The notes beneath the pieces are model-generated. The model ran no database searches and had not been told where the DNA came from. It saw only the letters and a list, made by a program, of their open reading frames with translations. The position numbers and the translations under genes are program-made. Positions 1 through 9,599 of a stretch of DNA of 48,353 nt are shown here, piece by piece. The stretch lies in NCBI GenBank assembly GCA_016180645.1, contig JACPAV010000009.1:62001-110353 (forward strand), in the 5' to 3' direction. The DNA comes from Nitrospirota bacterium (GTDB lineage Bacteria; JACPQY01). Each line of letters starts with the position of its first letter. Position 1 is the stretch's first letter.

Positions 1-243
1 TTTGCAGCGGGTGCATTCGCCGAGATCGGAGCGAACCTCATCGAGCGTTTCGCGGGCGCCTTCTTCCTGCATCTCCGGCGTGGAAGAATGCGGAAGAGTC
101 ACTGATTCCGGAACCGAAGACGTGGCTGCGGATGCCGAATCCGGTCTCGGAAACAAAACGCCGGATCGGTGGAGATAGCCGAAATAGTTTTTCAAGGCTT
201 CGACCGTCTCGCGGACCGACCCACCTTCGCCGTTGCGGCTCAC
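1..243 (-). CDS. Uracil-DNA glycosylase family 4, N-terminal part (runs off the window)
   Basis: Manual translation from GTG at 243, just after the yicC stop: MSRNGEGG...ETLDEVRSDLGECTRCK. The 'L..V......CTRC' pattern is the Fe-S-binding start of family-4 UDGs. Not in the ORF track because it is truncated. Confidence 0.7.
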   Translation of the reverse strand, partial: MSRNGEGGSVRETVEALKNYFGYLHRSGVLFPRPDSASAATSSVPESVTLPHSSTPEMQEEGARETLDEVRSDLGECTRCK

Positions 244-248
244 CGGTG

Positions 249-1124
249 CTACTCGATGTTCTGGGCCTGTTGGCGCATTTTCTCGGTCGTTGCCTTCAAC
301 GAGAGGACCACGGGGACCCACGCCTGTGCCTCACACTTGGCGGCCATCGTCGAGATCTCGCGGTGCATCTCTTGCAAGAGAAAATCCAGCTTGCGGCCGG
401 CCTCTGTTTCCTTGCCAAGAATCGACTCGAACTGGGAGAGGTGGCTTTTCATGCGCGCCAACTCCTCCGTCACATCGCTCCGTTCCATCACATAGGCCAT
501 TTCCGTCTGGAACCGCTTGGAGTCCGCCTCCTCTCCCAGGAGGTCGGCCAAGCGCGACTTCAGCCGAGCGGCCCTCAAGCCTTTTTCTTCTTCCAGGCCC
601 GCTTCCAGCTGCGCCAGGGCGCCGCGCATCTCGCTGAGGTGATGGGTGAACTCACGGCCGAGCGTTTCTCCTTCACGTTTCCGGAGCGAAAGGAATTCAT
701 CGAGCGCCTTTTGGAACGATTTACGAAGCGCCGGCTTCATCCCTTCGAGGCGGGCATGGTTCTCCGTGGTGGTCCGGACGGCGCCGGGCAGGGTGAGGAG
801 ATATTCCAAGCGAACGGATCCTTCGATCTTGAGCTTCCGCCCGAGCTTGACGAACGTGTCGCGGTAGCGGCGGACGGCTGCTTCGTCCACCTCCAGATGG
901 GGCGCGGGAGCCCCTCCGGAAACGCGAAGCGTCACATCCACACGGCCCCGCTTGCAGGCCTTTCGGATCTTGTCCTGAATCTCCTGCTCCAGATCATCCA
1001 GGCCGTCGGGCATCCGGACGTTCAGCTCGAAAAAGCGATGGTTGACTCCCTTGATGACCCACTCGGCCTCACACCCCTTTTCACGCTGGGCCGCGCGGCC
1101 GAATCCCGTCATGCTGATCAGCAT
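249..1124 (-). CDS. yicC: YicC/YloC family endoribonuclease
   Basis: N-terminal SMTGFGR, IKGVNHRF and RGRVD; C-terminal DVTEELARMKSH, GRKLDFLLQEMHRE and QAQNIE. ATG at 1124 preferred over the ORF-track start at 1142. Confidence 0.95.
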   Translation of the reverse strand: MLISMTGFGRAAQREKGCEAEWVIKGVNHRFFELNVRMPDGLDDLEQEIQDKIRKACKRGRVDVTLRVSGGAPAPHLEVDEAAVRRYRDTFVKLGRKLKIEGSVRLEYLLTLPGAVRTTTENHARLEGMKPALRKSFQKALDEFLSLRKREGETLGREFTHHLSEMRGALAQLEAGLEEEKGLRAARLKSRLADLLGEEADSKRFQTEMAYVMERSDVTEELARMKSHLSQFESILGKETEAGRKLDFLLQEMHREISTMAAKCEAQAWVPVVLSLKATTEKMRQQAQNIE

Positions 1125-1131
1125 CGGAACG

Positions 1132-1410
1132 TCACCCCGCACCTTTTCCGGATGGAGGACGCAGACTTTGTTCCATGCGTCGCTTCAACTGGCCGTACGC
1201 CTTCCCAAAGTACTTGAGTCTCTTCTCACGATTCTTTGCGTCCTCCGCGGAAGCATAGGCCTCATAGTACACCAATCGAACGGGCAAGTGTTCTTTTGTG
1301 GACTCAACTTTGCCTCCGCGATGCATGGCCAATCTATGCCGCAGGTCGTTTGTGTATCCAATGTACATCCAACTTTCGCTGGCGCCACAGAGTATGTAGA
1401 CGTAATGCAT
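1132..1410 (-). CDS. Small stand-alone GIY-YIG nuclease family protein
   Basis: YVYIL...MYIGYTNDLRHRLAMH...LVYYEAY...AKNREKRLK gives both Tyr motifs and the conserved Arg and Glu. About 50% GC over 1201-1380 by hand count, against about 60% in a yicC sample. Confidence 0.93.
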   Translation of the reverse strand: MHYVYILCGASESWMYIGYTNDLRHRLAMHRGGKVESTKEHLPVRLVYYEAYASAEDAKNREKRLKYFGKAYGQLKRRMEQSLRPPSGKGAG

Positions 1411-1433
1411 CGCGATCCGGGAAAGGTGCGGGG
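1135..1433. mobile_element. Putative mini-element: GIY-YIG gene bounded by 19-bp inverted repeats
   Basis: 1135-1153 CCCCGCACCTTTTCCGGAT matches the reverse complement of 1415-1433 (CCCCGCACCTTTCCCGGAT) at 18/19 positions. The repeats are directly visible; mobility is inferred. Confidence 0.65.
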
Positions 1434-3449
1434 CTATAACATGTTGACCGGATCAACGTCCAGACGAACTTCGTAGCCGGCTCGACGTGGGCCTTTCGCA
1501 TCGAGAAGCCCTTCCATCACCTCATGCAGGCCTTTCGACGTGTCGGCTTTGAGCAGAATTTGCCATCGGTAGTGGCCCCGGAGTCGATACAGAGGAGCCG
1601 GAGCCGGCCCGAGAACCTCAACTCCCTTTCCGCCCGCCATCTGTTTGGTCGCTTGGAGAACGGCCAGCGCGCCTTCTCCTCCAACGACCTCATGACGCGC
1701 CCGAATTCGAATCATCGCCAATCGCTTGTAAGGGGGATAGCCCCACTGCCGGCGCAGCCGAAGTTCCGTTTCGTAGAATCGGGATTCGTCGTAGTGCTTC
1801 GCGGAGTCGATGGCATGATGGTCGGGCGACATCGTCTGGATGAAGACGCGACCCTTTTGTTCACCTCGTCCCGCCCGCCCCGCCGCCTGGAGGATTTGCT
1901 GGTAGGTGCGTTCCGCCGATCGAAAATCGGGGAGGAAGAGTCCCAAATCCGCATCCACAACGCCCACGAGCGTAATCTGCGGGTAGTGGTACCCCTTCGT
2001 GATCATCTGTGTGCCGACGGCGATCTGGATGGCCCCGCTCTCCATGCCTTCCATGATTTCGAACCGTCGCTTCTTGCTCTGCGCGGTATCCATGTCCAAT
2101 CGGGCGATCCCGGTTTGCGGGAAGAGGGCACGAATATCCTCTTCGATCTTCTGGGTGCCGGCTCCCGCCATCGCCACGGATGTGCTTTTGCACTCCGAGC
2201 AGACTTCCGGGAGGTCCTGCCGATGATCGCAGTAGTGGCATCGCATATGCCGATCGGCCTTGTGGTACGTGAGCGTGATATCGCAATGGGGGCATTTCAC
2301 TCCTTCGCCGCAGTCCATGCAGCGAAGGACGGGAGCGAATCCACGCCGATTGAGAAACAAAACGACTTGTCCGCGGCGTTCAAGCGTATCCACCATCGCC
2401 TTGTGGAGTTGCGGCGATAGCCAGGATAGTCGCTTGTCCGGATTCCGCTTGAACCGCATGTCCACCACATCCACATCCGGGAGCGGGCGATCGGATACGC
2501 GCCGCGCCAGACGTATCAAGCGGTATTTTCCCCTCGATGCGTTGGCGTGGGACTCCAACGAAGGTGTCGCCGATCCCAGCACCACGGGGGCCTTCCAGCG
2601 CTGCCCCATGACGAGGGCCACGTCGCGGGCATGGTACGTTACGCCGTCTTCCTGCTTGTAGGCATGGTCATGCTCTTCATCGGCCACGATCAGGCCGACA
2701 TCCTTCAGTGGGGCGAAGAGCGCGGATCGCGCGCCCACGACCACGTCCGCCTGGCCGGATCGGATCCGATCCCACTCATCCCACCGACGGCGCGAGGTCA
2801 GCTTGCTGTGCAGGAGGGCCACGCGGTCGGGAAATGCGGACACGAAATGCCGCGCCACATGGGAGGTCAGCCCGATTTCCGGCACGAGGACGACGACGCC
2901 CCGACCCTGCTGCACGGCGGCCCGGGCCATCTCCACGTAGAGGATTGTTTTGCCGCTCCCGGTGATGCCGTGCACGAGAAACGGAGCGAAACGGCGCTCA
3001 CGCGCGGCCGGGAGCATGATGTTCAAGGCGGCCGTCTGTTCCACGGTGTACTGCGAAGGGAGTTCCGTGGGTTTGAGAAGAAATTCGGATGGGACTTTCG
3101 ACTTGCGCTTCCGCTCCCGATGAACGTTGCGTTTCCACCCGCCTCGCAGGAGGGTGGGAAAGAACAGATCGAGCGTTTCGCCAAGGGATCGCCCGTAGTA
3201 GGAGGCCATCCATTCGGCAAGTTGCCATGCCTCCTCGCCGATGAGCGGCTCGGAATCGACGATTTCCTTGACGTCCTTGACTTCGCCTTCGAACGGCGTT
3301 GCATGAACGCCCGCGAGGTAGCCCACGACAAAACTTTTCTTGAATGGGACGAGGACGCGCTGGCCTCGCTGCGGGGACACGGATAATCCATCCCCCAACC
3401 GGTAGGTGAACAGGTGCCGCACCGCGATGGGCACGGCCACATCGACCAA
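1434..3449 (-). CDS. priA: Primosomal protein N' (replication restart helicase PriA)
   Basis: Walker A HGITGSGKT, VLVPEI, DEEHD, LGSATPS, FLNRRGF, four CxxC pairs, GTQMITKG and a C-terminal DVDP. TTG start is uncertain. Confidence 0.97.
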   Translation of the reverse strand: MVDVAVPIAVRHLFTYRLGDGLSVSPQRGQRVLVPFKKSFVVGYLAGVHATPFEGEVKDVKEIVDSEPLIGEEAWQLAEWMASYYGRSLGETLDLFFPTLLRGGWKRNVHRERKRKSKVPSEFLLKPTELPSQYTVEQTAALNIMLPAARERRFAPFLVHGITGSGKTILYVEMARAAVQQGRGVVVLVPEIGLTSHVARHFVSAFPDRVALLHSKLTSRRRWDEWDRIRSGQADVVVGARSALFAPLKDVGLIVADEEHDHAYKQEDGVTYHARDVALVMGQRWKAPVVLGSATPSLESHANASRGKYRLIRLARRVSDRPLPDVDVVDMRFKRNPDKRLSWLSPQLHKAMVDTLERRGQVVLFLNRRGFAPVLRCMDCGEGVKCPHCDITLTYHKADRHMRCHYCDHRQDLPEVCSECKSTSVAMAGAGTQKIEEDIRALFPQTGIARLDMDTAQSKKRRFEIMEGMESGAIQIAVGTQMITKGYHYPQITLVGVVDADLGLFLPDFRSAERTYQQILQAAGRAGRGEQKGRVFIQTMSPDHHAIDSAKHYDESRFYETELRLRRQWGYPPYKRLAMIRIRARHEVVGGEGALAVLQATKQMAGGKGVEVLGPAPAPLYRLRGHYRWQILLKADTSKGLHEVMEGLLDAKGPRRAGYEVRLDVDPVNML

Positions 3450-3466
3450 ACGGGATCCGTTCGTGA

Positions 3467-3778
3467 TCAGTACCCCAGGGCGAACAGGAAAGCAGACCGA
3501 ATCTCCAGCATCTTGCGGGCGCTTAGCGTGGTGACCAGCGCCCCCAGTCTTCCTTTAGAGACCGTCTGAAGGTGATCCAGGTTCACTGCGCACTCCCTGG
3601 GCATGCCGTCGGAAGACGCCAGCAGCACTTCCGACGGGATCCCCCGAATCGTGCTCGTGATCGGGGCCACGGTAACCTCACCCAGGTACTCGAGGATCGA
3701 ATCCCTCGTGAGGATCACAACGGGACGCGTTTTGTCGGGTCGCTGGAATCGGTACCAGCGGACTTCTCCCCGCCTCAC
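3467..3778 (-). CDS. mazF: PemK/MazF family toxin (mRNA interferase)
   Basis: RRGEVRW...KTRPVVILTRD...VTVAPITSTIRGIPSEV...VNLDHLQTV. GTG at 3778 overlaps the antitoxin stop (GTGA). Confidence 0.93.
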   Translation of the reverse strand: MRRGEVRWYRFQRPDKTRPVVILTRDSILEYLGEVTVAPITSTIRGIPSEVLLASSDGMPRECAVNLDHLQTVSKGRLGALVTTLSARKMLEIRSAFLFALGY

Positions 3779-4008
3779 TCGTCGCCCCAGGCCTGTTCCG
3801 ATTCCCACACCGAGAACTCTCCGCGCTGGACGGCCTTCCGGGCGTATCCGTCGCGGTGCTTCCGCTCCTGCTCAAGGATTCGAAGTTTCTCCAACGCTTC
3901 GCGCAGGGCCCTACGCGCAAAGGCCGAGCGCGTCGTCCCCAAGCGGCCGGCCACCCGATCCACCTGGGAAACCAAGTCGTCATCCAGCGTCATCTGCACC
4001 GTCTTCAT
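3775..4008 (-). CDS. Ribbon-helix-helix (CopG/MazE-type) antitoxin
   Basis: MKTVQMTLDDDLV..VD......TTRSAFARRALREAL is an RHH pattern; the gene lies directly upstream of and coupled to the toxin. Confidence 0.9.
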   Translation of the reverse strand: MKTVQMTLDDDLVSQVDRVAGRLGTTRSAFARRALREALEKLRILEQERKHRDGYARKAVQRGEFSVWESEQAWGDE

Positions 4009-4030
4009 CGCCCGTCCGCTCCATTCATAG

Positions 4031-4073
4031 CTATGACTATAGTTATAGTAATCAACATCGCTATCCCTGTCAA
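4031..4073 (-). promoter_or_regulatory. Sigma70-type promoter of the TA module with overlapping operator palindrome
   Basis: TTGACA (4073-4068), 17 nt, TACTAT (4050-4045). Imperfect palindrome CTATGACTATAGTTATAG at 4031-4048 overlaps the -10/+1 region. Confidence 0.8.
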
Positions 4074-4302
4074 CGCCTGTGCCACCGGCGAATCAGCATG
4101 GCACTCTCCGCGGACTTCCGGGCCGTCCCCGTCGCCAGGAAGGCACGGGGCCATGAGATGTCGCCGCGCCTAGGACGGCGCGGCATTGAACATGGCCTGG
4201 CCCTCCCGGAAGCTTCAAGGGCGATACATCCCGAACCCCTGCCGGTATAGACGCCTCGCCTCACGCTCGGCTTGATTCGGCAGGGGCCGCACCATCCATG
4301 GC

Positions 4303-4378
4303 TGGTGGAGCTGAGGGGAGTTGAACCCCTGGCCTCGTCGTTGCGAACGACGCGCTCTCCCAACTGAGCTACAGCCCC
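4303..4378 (-). tRNA. tRNA-Ala(CGC)
   Basis: GGGGCTGTAGCTCAGTTGGGAGAGCG-CGTCG-TTCGCAA-CGACG-...GGTTCAACTCC...CAGCTCCACCA; 76 nt, G3:U70 pair, encoded CCA. Confidence 0.98.
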
Positions 4379-4384
4379 AAATTC

Positions 4385-4412
4385 GTGAAGGGTGAAGTGT
4401 GAGGAGTGAGTG
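4385..4412. repeat. Degenerate heptamer tandem repeat, 4 units
   Basis: GTGAAGG GTGAAGT GTGAGGA GTGAGTG, immediately upstream of the tRNA-Ala 5' end. Confidence 0.6.
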
Positions 4413-4535
4413 GTTCGGGAGACTGCCGCCGCCGCACCCGTAACTCTTCTCATTCCGTGCTCCAGAGTCCTATAACACCCGCCCACAGCCTCTTCAAGCC
4501 CGGCGGAAACCGCATCAATCCCTGACGAAGATCAG

Positions 4536-4563
4536 TTGAGATGTCCCCCCACGGGGATAAAAT
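4536..4563 (+). promoter_or_regulatory. Sigma70-type promoter, probably giving a leaderless mRNA
   Basis: TTGAGA, 16 nt, TAAAAT, then 6 nt to ATG 4570; no SD. Confidence 0.6.
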
Positions 4564-5507
4564 GCCGATATGAAGATCAGCCCTTTGGTCCTTTCCAGCC
4601 GTGATCTGGAGCAAGTGGCCCGGATGTCCGAGGCCATCGATGTCGTATCCGATGCGTTCCGGGCCCTGGCCCGGGGCGATGCGCAAATGCCCCCCAAGAT
4701 CTACGTGGAGGTATCGGAGCACTCCGGCGACTTCCGCGCGATGCCCGCCTACAACCGGACCCTCAACGCCGCCGGCCTGAAATGGGTCACCTCCTACGCA
4801 AAAAACATTCAGCTCCCTTCCGTGATTGGAATTTACGTCCTTAGTCGAGCGAGCGACGGCTGCCCCCTTGCCATCATGGACGGAACGTTTCTCACCAACC
4901 TCCGCACCGGGGCGGCCGTCGGAGCGGCAACCCGGGCGCTGGCACGGAAGGAATCCACGGTGTTTGGATTCATCGGTGGCGGACGTCAGGCGCGGTATGC
5001 CCTCAAGGCCCTCCGTGAAGTGTTCCCCATCAAAGAGGTCCGTCTCTTCGATCCGAATGCTTCAAGTTCGCGGGCTTTCGGAGAGGCGGCCGACAAGGAT
5101 GGACCGCCGATCGTCACCTGCAAGAGCCCGGGCGATTGCACACGCACGGCCGACGTCATCACCACGACAACCCCATCGAGGGCCCCGGTGGTCTGGATGC
5201 CGGACATCAAGCCGGGCACGCACATCAACGCGATGGGGGCGGACGCCAAGGGGAAACAGGAGTTGGATCCCCATATCCTAAAGGCGGCCAAGATCATCAT
5301 CGACGACTGGGGTCAGACCCCACACAGCGGAGAGGTCAATGTGGCGCTCAGCCAGGGGCGAATCTCGCAATCGGATCTTCGGGCCACTATTGGGGAGGTC
5401 TTGCGCGGTGTAAAACCCGGACGGGAGAAGCCCGAGGACATCACGGTATTCGATTCAACCGGGCTTGCCGTTCAGGACCTGGCTGTGGCAAAGCATCTGT
5501 ACGACCG

Positions 5508-6620
<1,113 letters not shown>

Positions 6621-7883
6621 TCAGCCTGAAACGTCGATGTCCGTGGGAAAGCAGAGGTATTGGATGTCGTACTTCCGGGCCAGGGCTTTCACGGAGGGCG
6701 AGAGTTCCGAGACCTCGGCGATGCGCCCGTCCCTCTTCTTCACGTAGATCGAACTTTCTCCTTCGCCGGGCCGATAGATCTTGTAGGGCGTGTCGCCCGT
6801 CTGTTCATGGAGAAGCAGCCCATCACCGTCCCGGCCATAGGCGGCCCGCAGGCGTTCGCGAAGTTTCTTCCGGAGTTTCGGCGCCGAAACCGGTCCCGGC
6901 AATTCGATCGATTTGAACAGCCGGCGGTCAATCAGTCCGCGTGCCAGCATCCTCAAGACGGGATCTTCACTCCGGCTCCATTCCTTCAGAAACACCACCA
7001 TGTCGGCATCGTCGAGAGATGTGTATTCGCTGACATCCATCTTCTGCCCACGCAGAAGCTTCGTGAAAGGATGACCTTCCGGCGCGTGGATGGCGCTCTT
7101 TTTCGCCAGCAAGGACTTGGCACGCCGGAAAAGTGCCTTTAGCATCGCACCTGCGGCTGAAACCGTCTTGTGGTAGTAGACCTGCCGGTACATGTGGTAG
7201 CGGGAGAGAAGGTACTCTTCCACGGCGTAAAATCCTTTTTCACTCACCACAATCTCATTCCGACCCGAGACGCGCGCCACCTCAAGGCCGAGGATGACAC
7301 GCTCCAGGTCGAAAACTCCGTACTTGACACCGGTCATCAGACTGTCACGCAGGAGATAGTCGAATCGGTCGGCATCCAACTGGCTGCTGACAATCTGTGA
7401 GTAGAATTTTTCCACCGCGCGGTAGCTCATGCATTTCACCACCTGCTGAGGCAATTCGCGCGCGTAGGCCTGGAGGACTTTGTGAATCTGCGTGCCGGGA
7501 TCGAGGATGATTCGCCCCGTCCATTCCTCATGGTGCGAGCCGAAAATCGCCTCCGTCACGTGCGAGAAGGGCGCGTGGCCCAGATCGTGGAGCAATGCCG
7601 TACAGGCGACGACCAGGCGGTCGCGTCGGCTGAAACTCCAACTCTTTCGGAGTTGTTCGAGGATTCGGCGCGCCACGTGGAGGACGCCGACCGAGTGCGT
7701 AAATCGGCTGTGCTCGGCGCCCTGGAAAACGAGCTCGGCCACGCCCAGTTGCTTCACGCGCCGGAGCCGTTGAAACTCCGGGGTGTCGATCAGCTCCAGG
7801 AAAAGGACATCCTCTTCTTCCGCTGGGGAGAAGGTCACCAGATTGTGGACCGGGTCCCGGAAATACGTCTCGGCGTGCGTCAT
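6621..7883 (-). CDS. HD-domain phosphohydrolase (YwfO/SAMHD1-like dNTP triphosphohydrolase family)
   Basis: RDPVH, FQRLRRVKQLG, EHSRFTHSVG, LLHDLGHAPFSH, QLDADRFDYLLRDS, MYRQVYYHKT. Confidence 0.93.
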   Translation of the reverse strand: MTHAETYFRDPVHNLVTFSPAEEEDVLFLELIDTPEFQRLRRVKQLGVAELVFQGAEHSRFTHSVGVLHVARRILEQLRKSWSFSRRDRLVVACTALLHDLGHAPFSHVTEAIFGSHHEEWTGRIILDPGTQIHKVLQAYARELPQQVVKCMSYRAVEKFYSQIVSSQLDADRFDYLLRDSLMTGVKYGVFDLERVILGLEVARVSGRNEIVVSEKGFYAVEEYLLSRYHMYRQVYYHKTVSAAGAMLKALFRRAKSLLAKKSAIHAPEGHPFTKLLRGQKMDVSEYTSLDDADMVVFLKEWSRSEDPVLRMLARGLIDRRLFKSIELPGPVSAPKLRKKLRERLRAAYGRDGDGLLLHEQTGDTPYKIYRPGEGESSIYVKKRDGRIAEVSELSPSVKALARKYDIQYLCFPTDIDVSG

Positions 7884-7898
7884 GTGGCTTCCTTCCGC

Positions 7899-7926
7899 AT
7901 TGTAGGGGCAAGCGGGAAGATTTCAA
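7899..7926 (-). promoter_or_regulatory. Sigma70-type promoter of the HD gene
   Basis: TTGAAA (7926-7921), 16 nt, TACAAT (7904-7899). Confidence 0.55.
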
Positions 7927-7987
7927 TCCGCATCGGACCGTCCTTGTCCTCCTTGCACCAAGGTCTGTTTGAAAACGCGTTGGACCG

Positions 7988-8042
7988 GTAGGCGCAGGCT
8001 TCAGCCTGCGTCCGAAGACGTACCCGTAAAGGGTGCGGCTAC
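7988..8042. repeat. REP doublet (REPIN-like) with GTAG ends
   Basis: GTAG-GCGCAGGC-TTCA-GCCTGCG (7988-8010) and an inverted partner at 8019-8042 (reverse complement GTAG-CCGCACCC-TTTAC-GGGTACG). Confidence 0.8.
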
Positions 8043-8122
8043 CAAGAGATGCGCCCCACGGCAATGATGGGGTATGCAAACAGAGCCTAATCTTTCGCCC
8101 ACCCGCTGCCGATAGTGATCTC

Positions 8123-9220
8123 ATGAGGTCGGGGTACACCCTTGTCATCCCCACGCTTCGGGCGGCCCCCGAACTTCGCCTTTGCCTCGGCAGCCTCCGG
8201 AAAAACAGCCGCCTGGATCATGAATACGCGGTGGTGGTGGATGTGGATCGGCCCGGAATCGTGGATGAGGCCGTCCTCGCCGTCCTCAACGAATTCGGAA
8301 TTTCTCCGCTCATTGCCGAACGGAACATAGGCCCCTATGCCGGCTGGAACCGGGGGGCAGCAGCCTCCTCGCGCAAATGGATTTGCTTTCTTACGGACGA
8401 CCAGTATTTCGCCCCGGACTGGGATTCGCCGTTCGTCCCCCACCTGCAACGCGGGAAAATGTTCTCATCCACGCTGGTGGAGTCGGGCACGTATCTCGTC
8501 GGTCCCGACAATCTCGAGGCCGATTTCGGCGTGTGCGCGGAAGACTTCGACGAGGCCGGATTCCTGGGCTTTGTCCGTCAGGTCGCCACAAACCAAATGA
8601 TTTCCGGCGGCCACTTCATACCCCTCCTGATTCATCGCGACGATTTCACGAAGGTTGGAGCTTTCAAAGAGGATCTCTTTTACCGAAAAGAGGAGCCGGA
8701 AAGACCGCCTCTCAGTTCCGACGTGGAGTTCGTGGCCCGAGCCTTCAAAACCGGGCTGACGCTCCACCGCTCCCTGGCCAGCTACTCCTATCACTTCATG
8801 GGCGCCAGCCACCGGGGAGGGACGGCTCTTCGACAACTGCTGCGCTATCTCAAGCCGTCATGGTCGAACGAAAGCCGCCTCGCCCTCCTCCGTTCCTACA
8901 TGGACAACGGCCGCATGCCTCCGGAAGTGCTCCTCTACCAAGGCCTTCAGGCGCTGCAGCACGGCGAAATCGAGGCGGCGGAACGTGTGTTCCTGGACCT
9001 CCTTGAGAGCGATATCGAGAGTGGACTTCCGTACCTCGCCCTTTCGGCAGCCGCACAGCAGAAAGGCGATGCCGCCACGGCCCTCGCGATGGCCGATCTG
9101 GCCTGCCAAGTTTCATCTGACGCACCTCGAGCCAAAGCCTTCCGCCGCATGCTGAAATCCCTCCTACCTTCGTCGACAGAACTCCACGCTCCCGACGACT
9201 CGATCGCTCCCGCGGCCTGA
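8123..9220 (+). CDS. Glycosyltransferase family 2 with C-terminal TPR-like helices
   Basis: YTLVIPT, VVVD, NIGPYAGWNRGA, ICFLTDDQYF (DxD-like) and SDVEF; helical tail (GLQALQHGEIEAAERVF). ATG 8123 preferred because the upstream extension runs through repeats. Confidence 0.8.
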   Translation: MRSGYTLVIPTLRAAPELRLCLGSLRKNSRLDHEYAVVVDVDRPGIVDEAVLAVLNEFGISPLIAERNIGPYAGWNRGAAASSRKWICFLTDDQYFAPDWDSPFVPHLQRGKMFSSTLVESGTYLVGPDNLEADFGVCAEDFDEAGFLGFVRQVATNQMISGGHFIPLLIHRDDFTKVGAFKEDLFYRKEEPERPPLSSDVEFVARAFKTGLTLHRSLASYSYHFMGASHRGGTALRQLLRYLKPSWSNESRLALLRSYMDNGRMPPEVLLYQGLQALQHGEIEAAERVFLDLLESDIESGLPYLALSAAAQQKGDAATALAMADLACQVSSDAPRAKAFRRMLKSLLPSSTELHAPDDSIAPAA

Positions 9221-9248
9221 CACCCATTCGCCCCCCCTGGACCTCGCA

Positions 9249-9291
9249 TTGAAATCCAGACTCCGCGGGCGTATGCTTCAGCCGTAAGGAG
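9249..9291 (+). promoter_or_regulatory. Promoter and RBS of tatA
   Basis: TTGAAA (9249-9254), 17 nt, TATGCT (9272-9277); SD AAGGAG at 9286-9291. Confidence 0.7.
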
Positions 9292-9298
9292 AAAATCA

Positions 9299-9505
9299 AT
9301 GCTTGGAAATCTGGGTATGACCGAACTGATCATCATCTTCTTCATCGTTCTCCTCATTTTCGGAGGGCGGAAGATACCCGAGATCGCCAAATCCATCGGA
9401 AGTGGCATCAAGGAATTCAAGAAAGGCATGAAAGACGAAGAGCCCAAGGGTCTGCCCGAAAGCAAGTCCGATTCCGAGTCCAAGGGGAATTCCAAGGATT
9501 CTTGA
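9299..9505 (+). CDS. tatA: Twin-arginine translocase subunit TatA
   Basis: LGMTELIIIFFIVLLIFGGRKIPEIAKSIGSGIKEFKKG: TM helix, FG hinge and amphipathic helix. Confidence 0.97.
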   Translation: MLGNLGMTELIIIFFIVLLIFGGRKIPEIAKSIGSGIKEFKKGMKDEEPKGLPESKSDSESKGNSKDS

Positions 9506-9599
9506 ACACCCATTGGCGGGTGGGACAACTCCTCCGGCCGCGCGGGCCTTCACCTCCAATCTCCTGACACCGGGAAACCGGATTTTCTGAAGCAGCACC

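Noticed and set aside
132-1217. 361-aa plus-strand ORF
   Set aside because: Antisense shadow of yicC with no recognisable motifs; long shadow ORFs are expected at high GC.
3450-4303. TA module as a tRNA-Ala-integrated island
   Set aside because: No duplicate of the tRNA 3' end was found near priA, and there is no integrase.
5136-5507. N-terminal extensions in the ORF track (mutY from 5136, also 14377, 19527, 20492, 29052, 30158, 31285)
   Set aside because: They overlap upstream genes in other frames; internal starts fit the family N-termini and coupling better.
8028-8038. AAAGGGTGCGG as another copy of the GIY-YIG inverted repeat (also GGTGCGGGG near 19886)
   Set aside because: Matches are only about 9-10 nt and are explained by a REP arm or by coding sequence.
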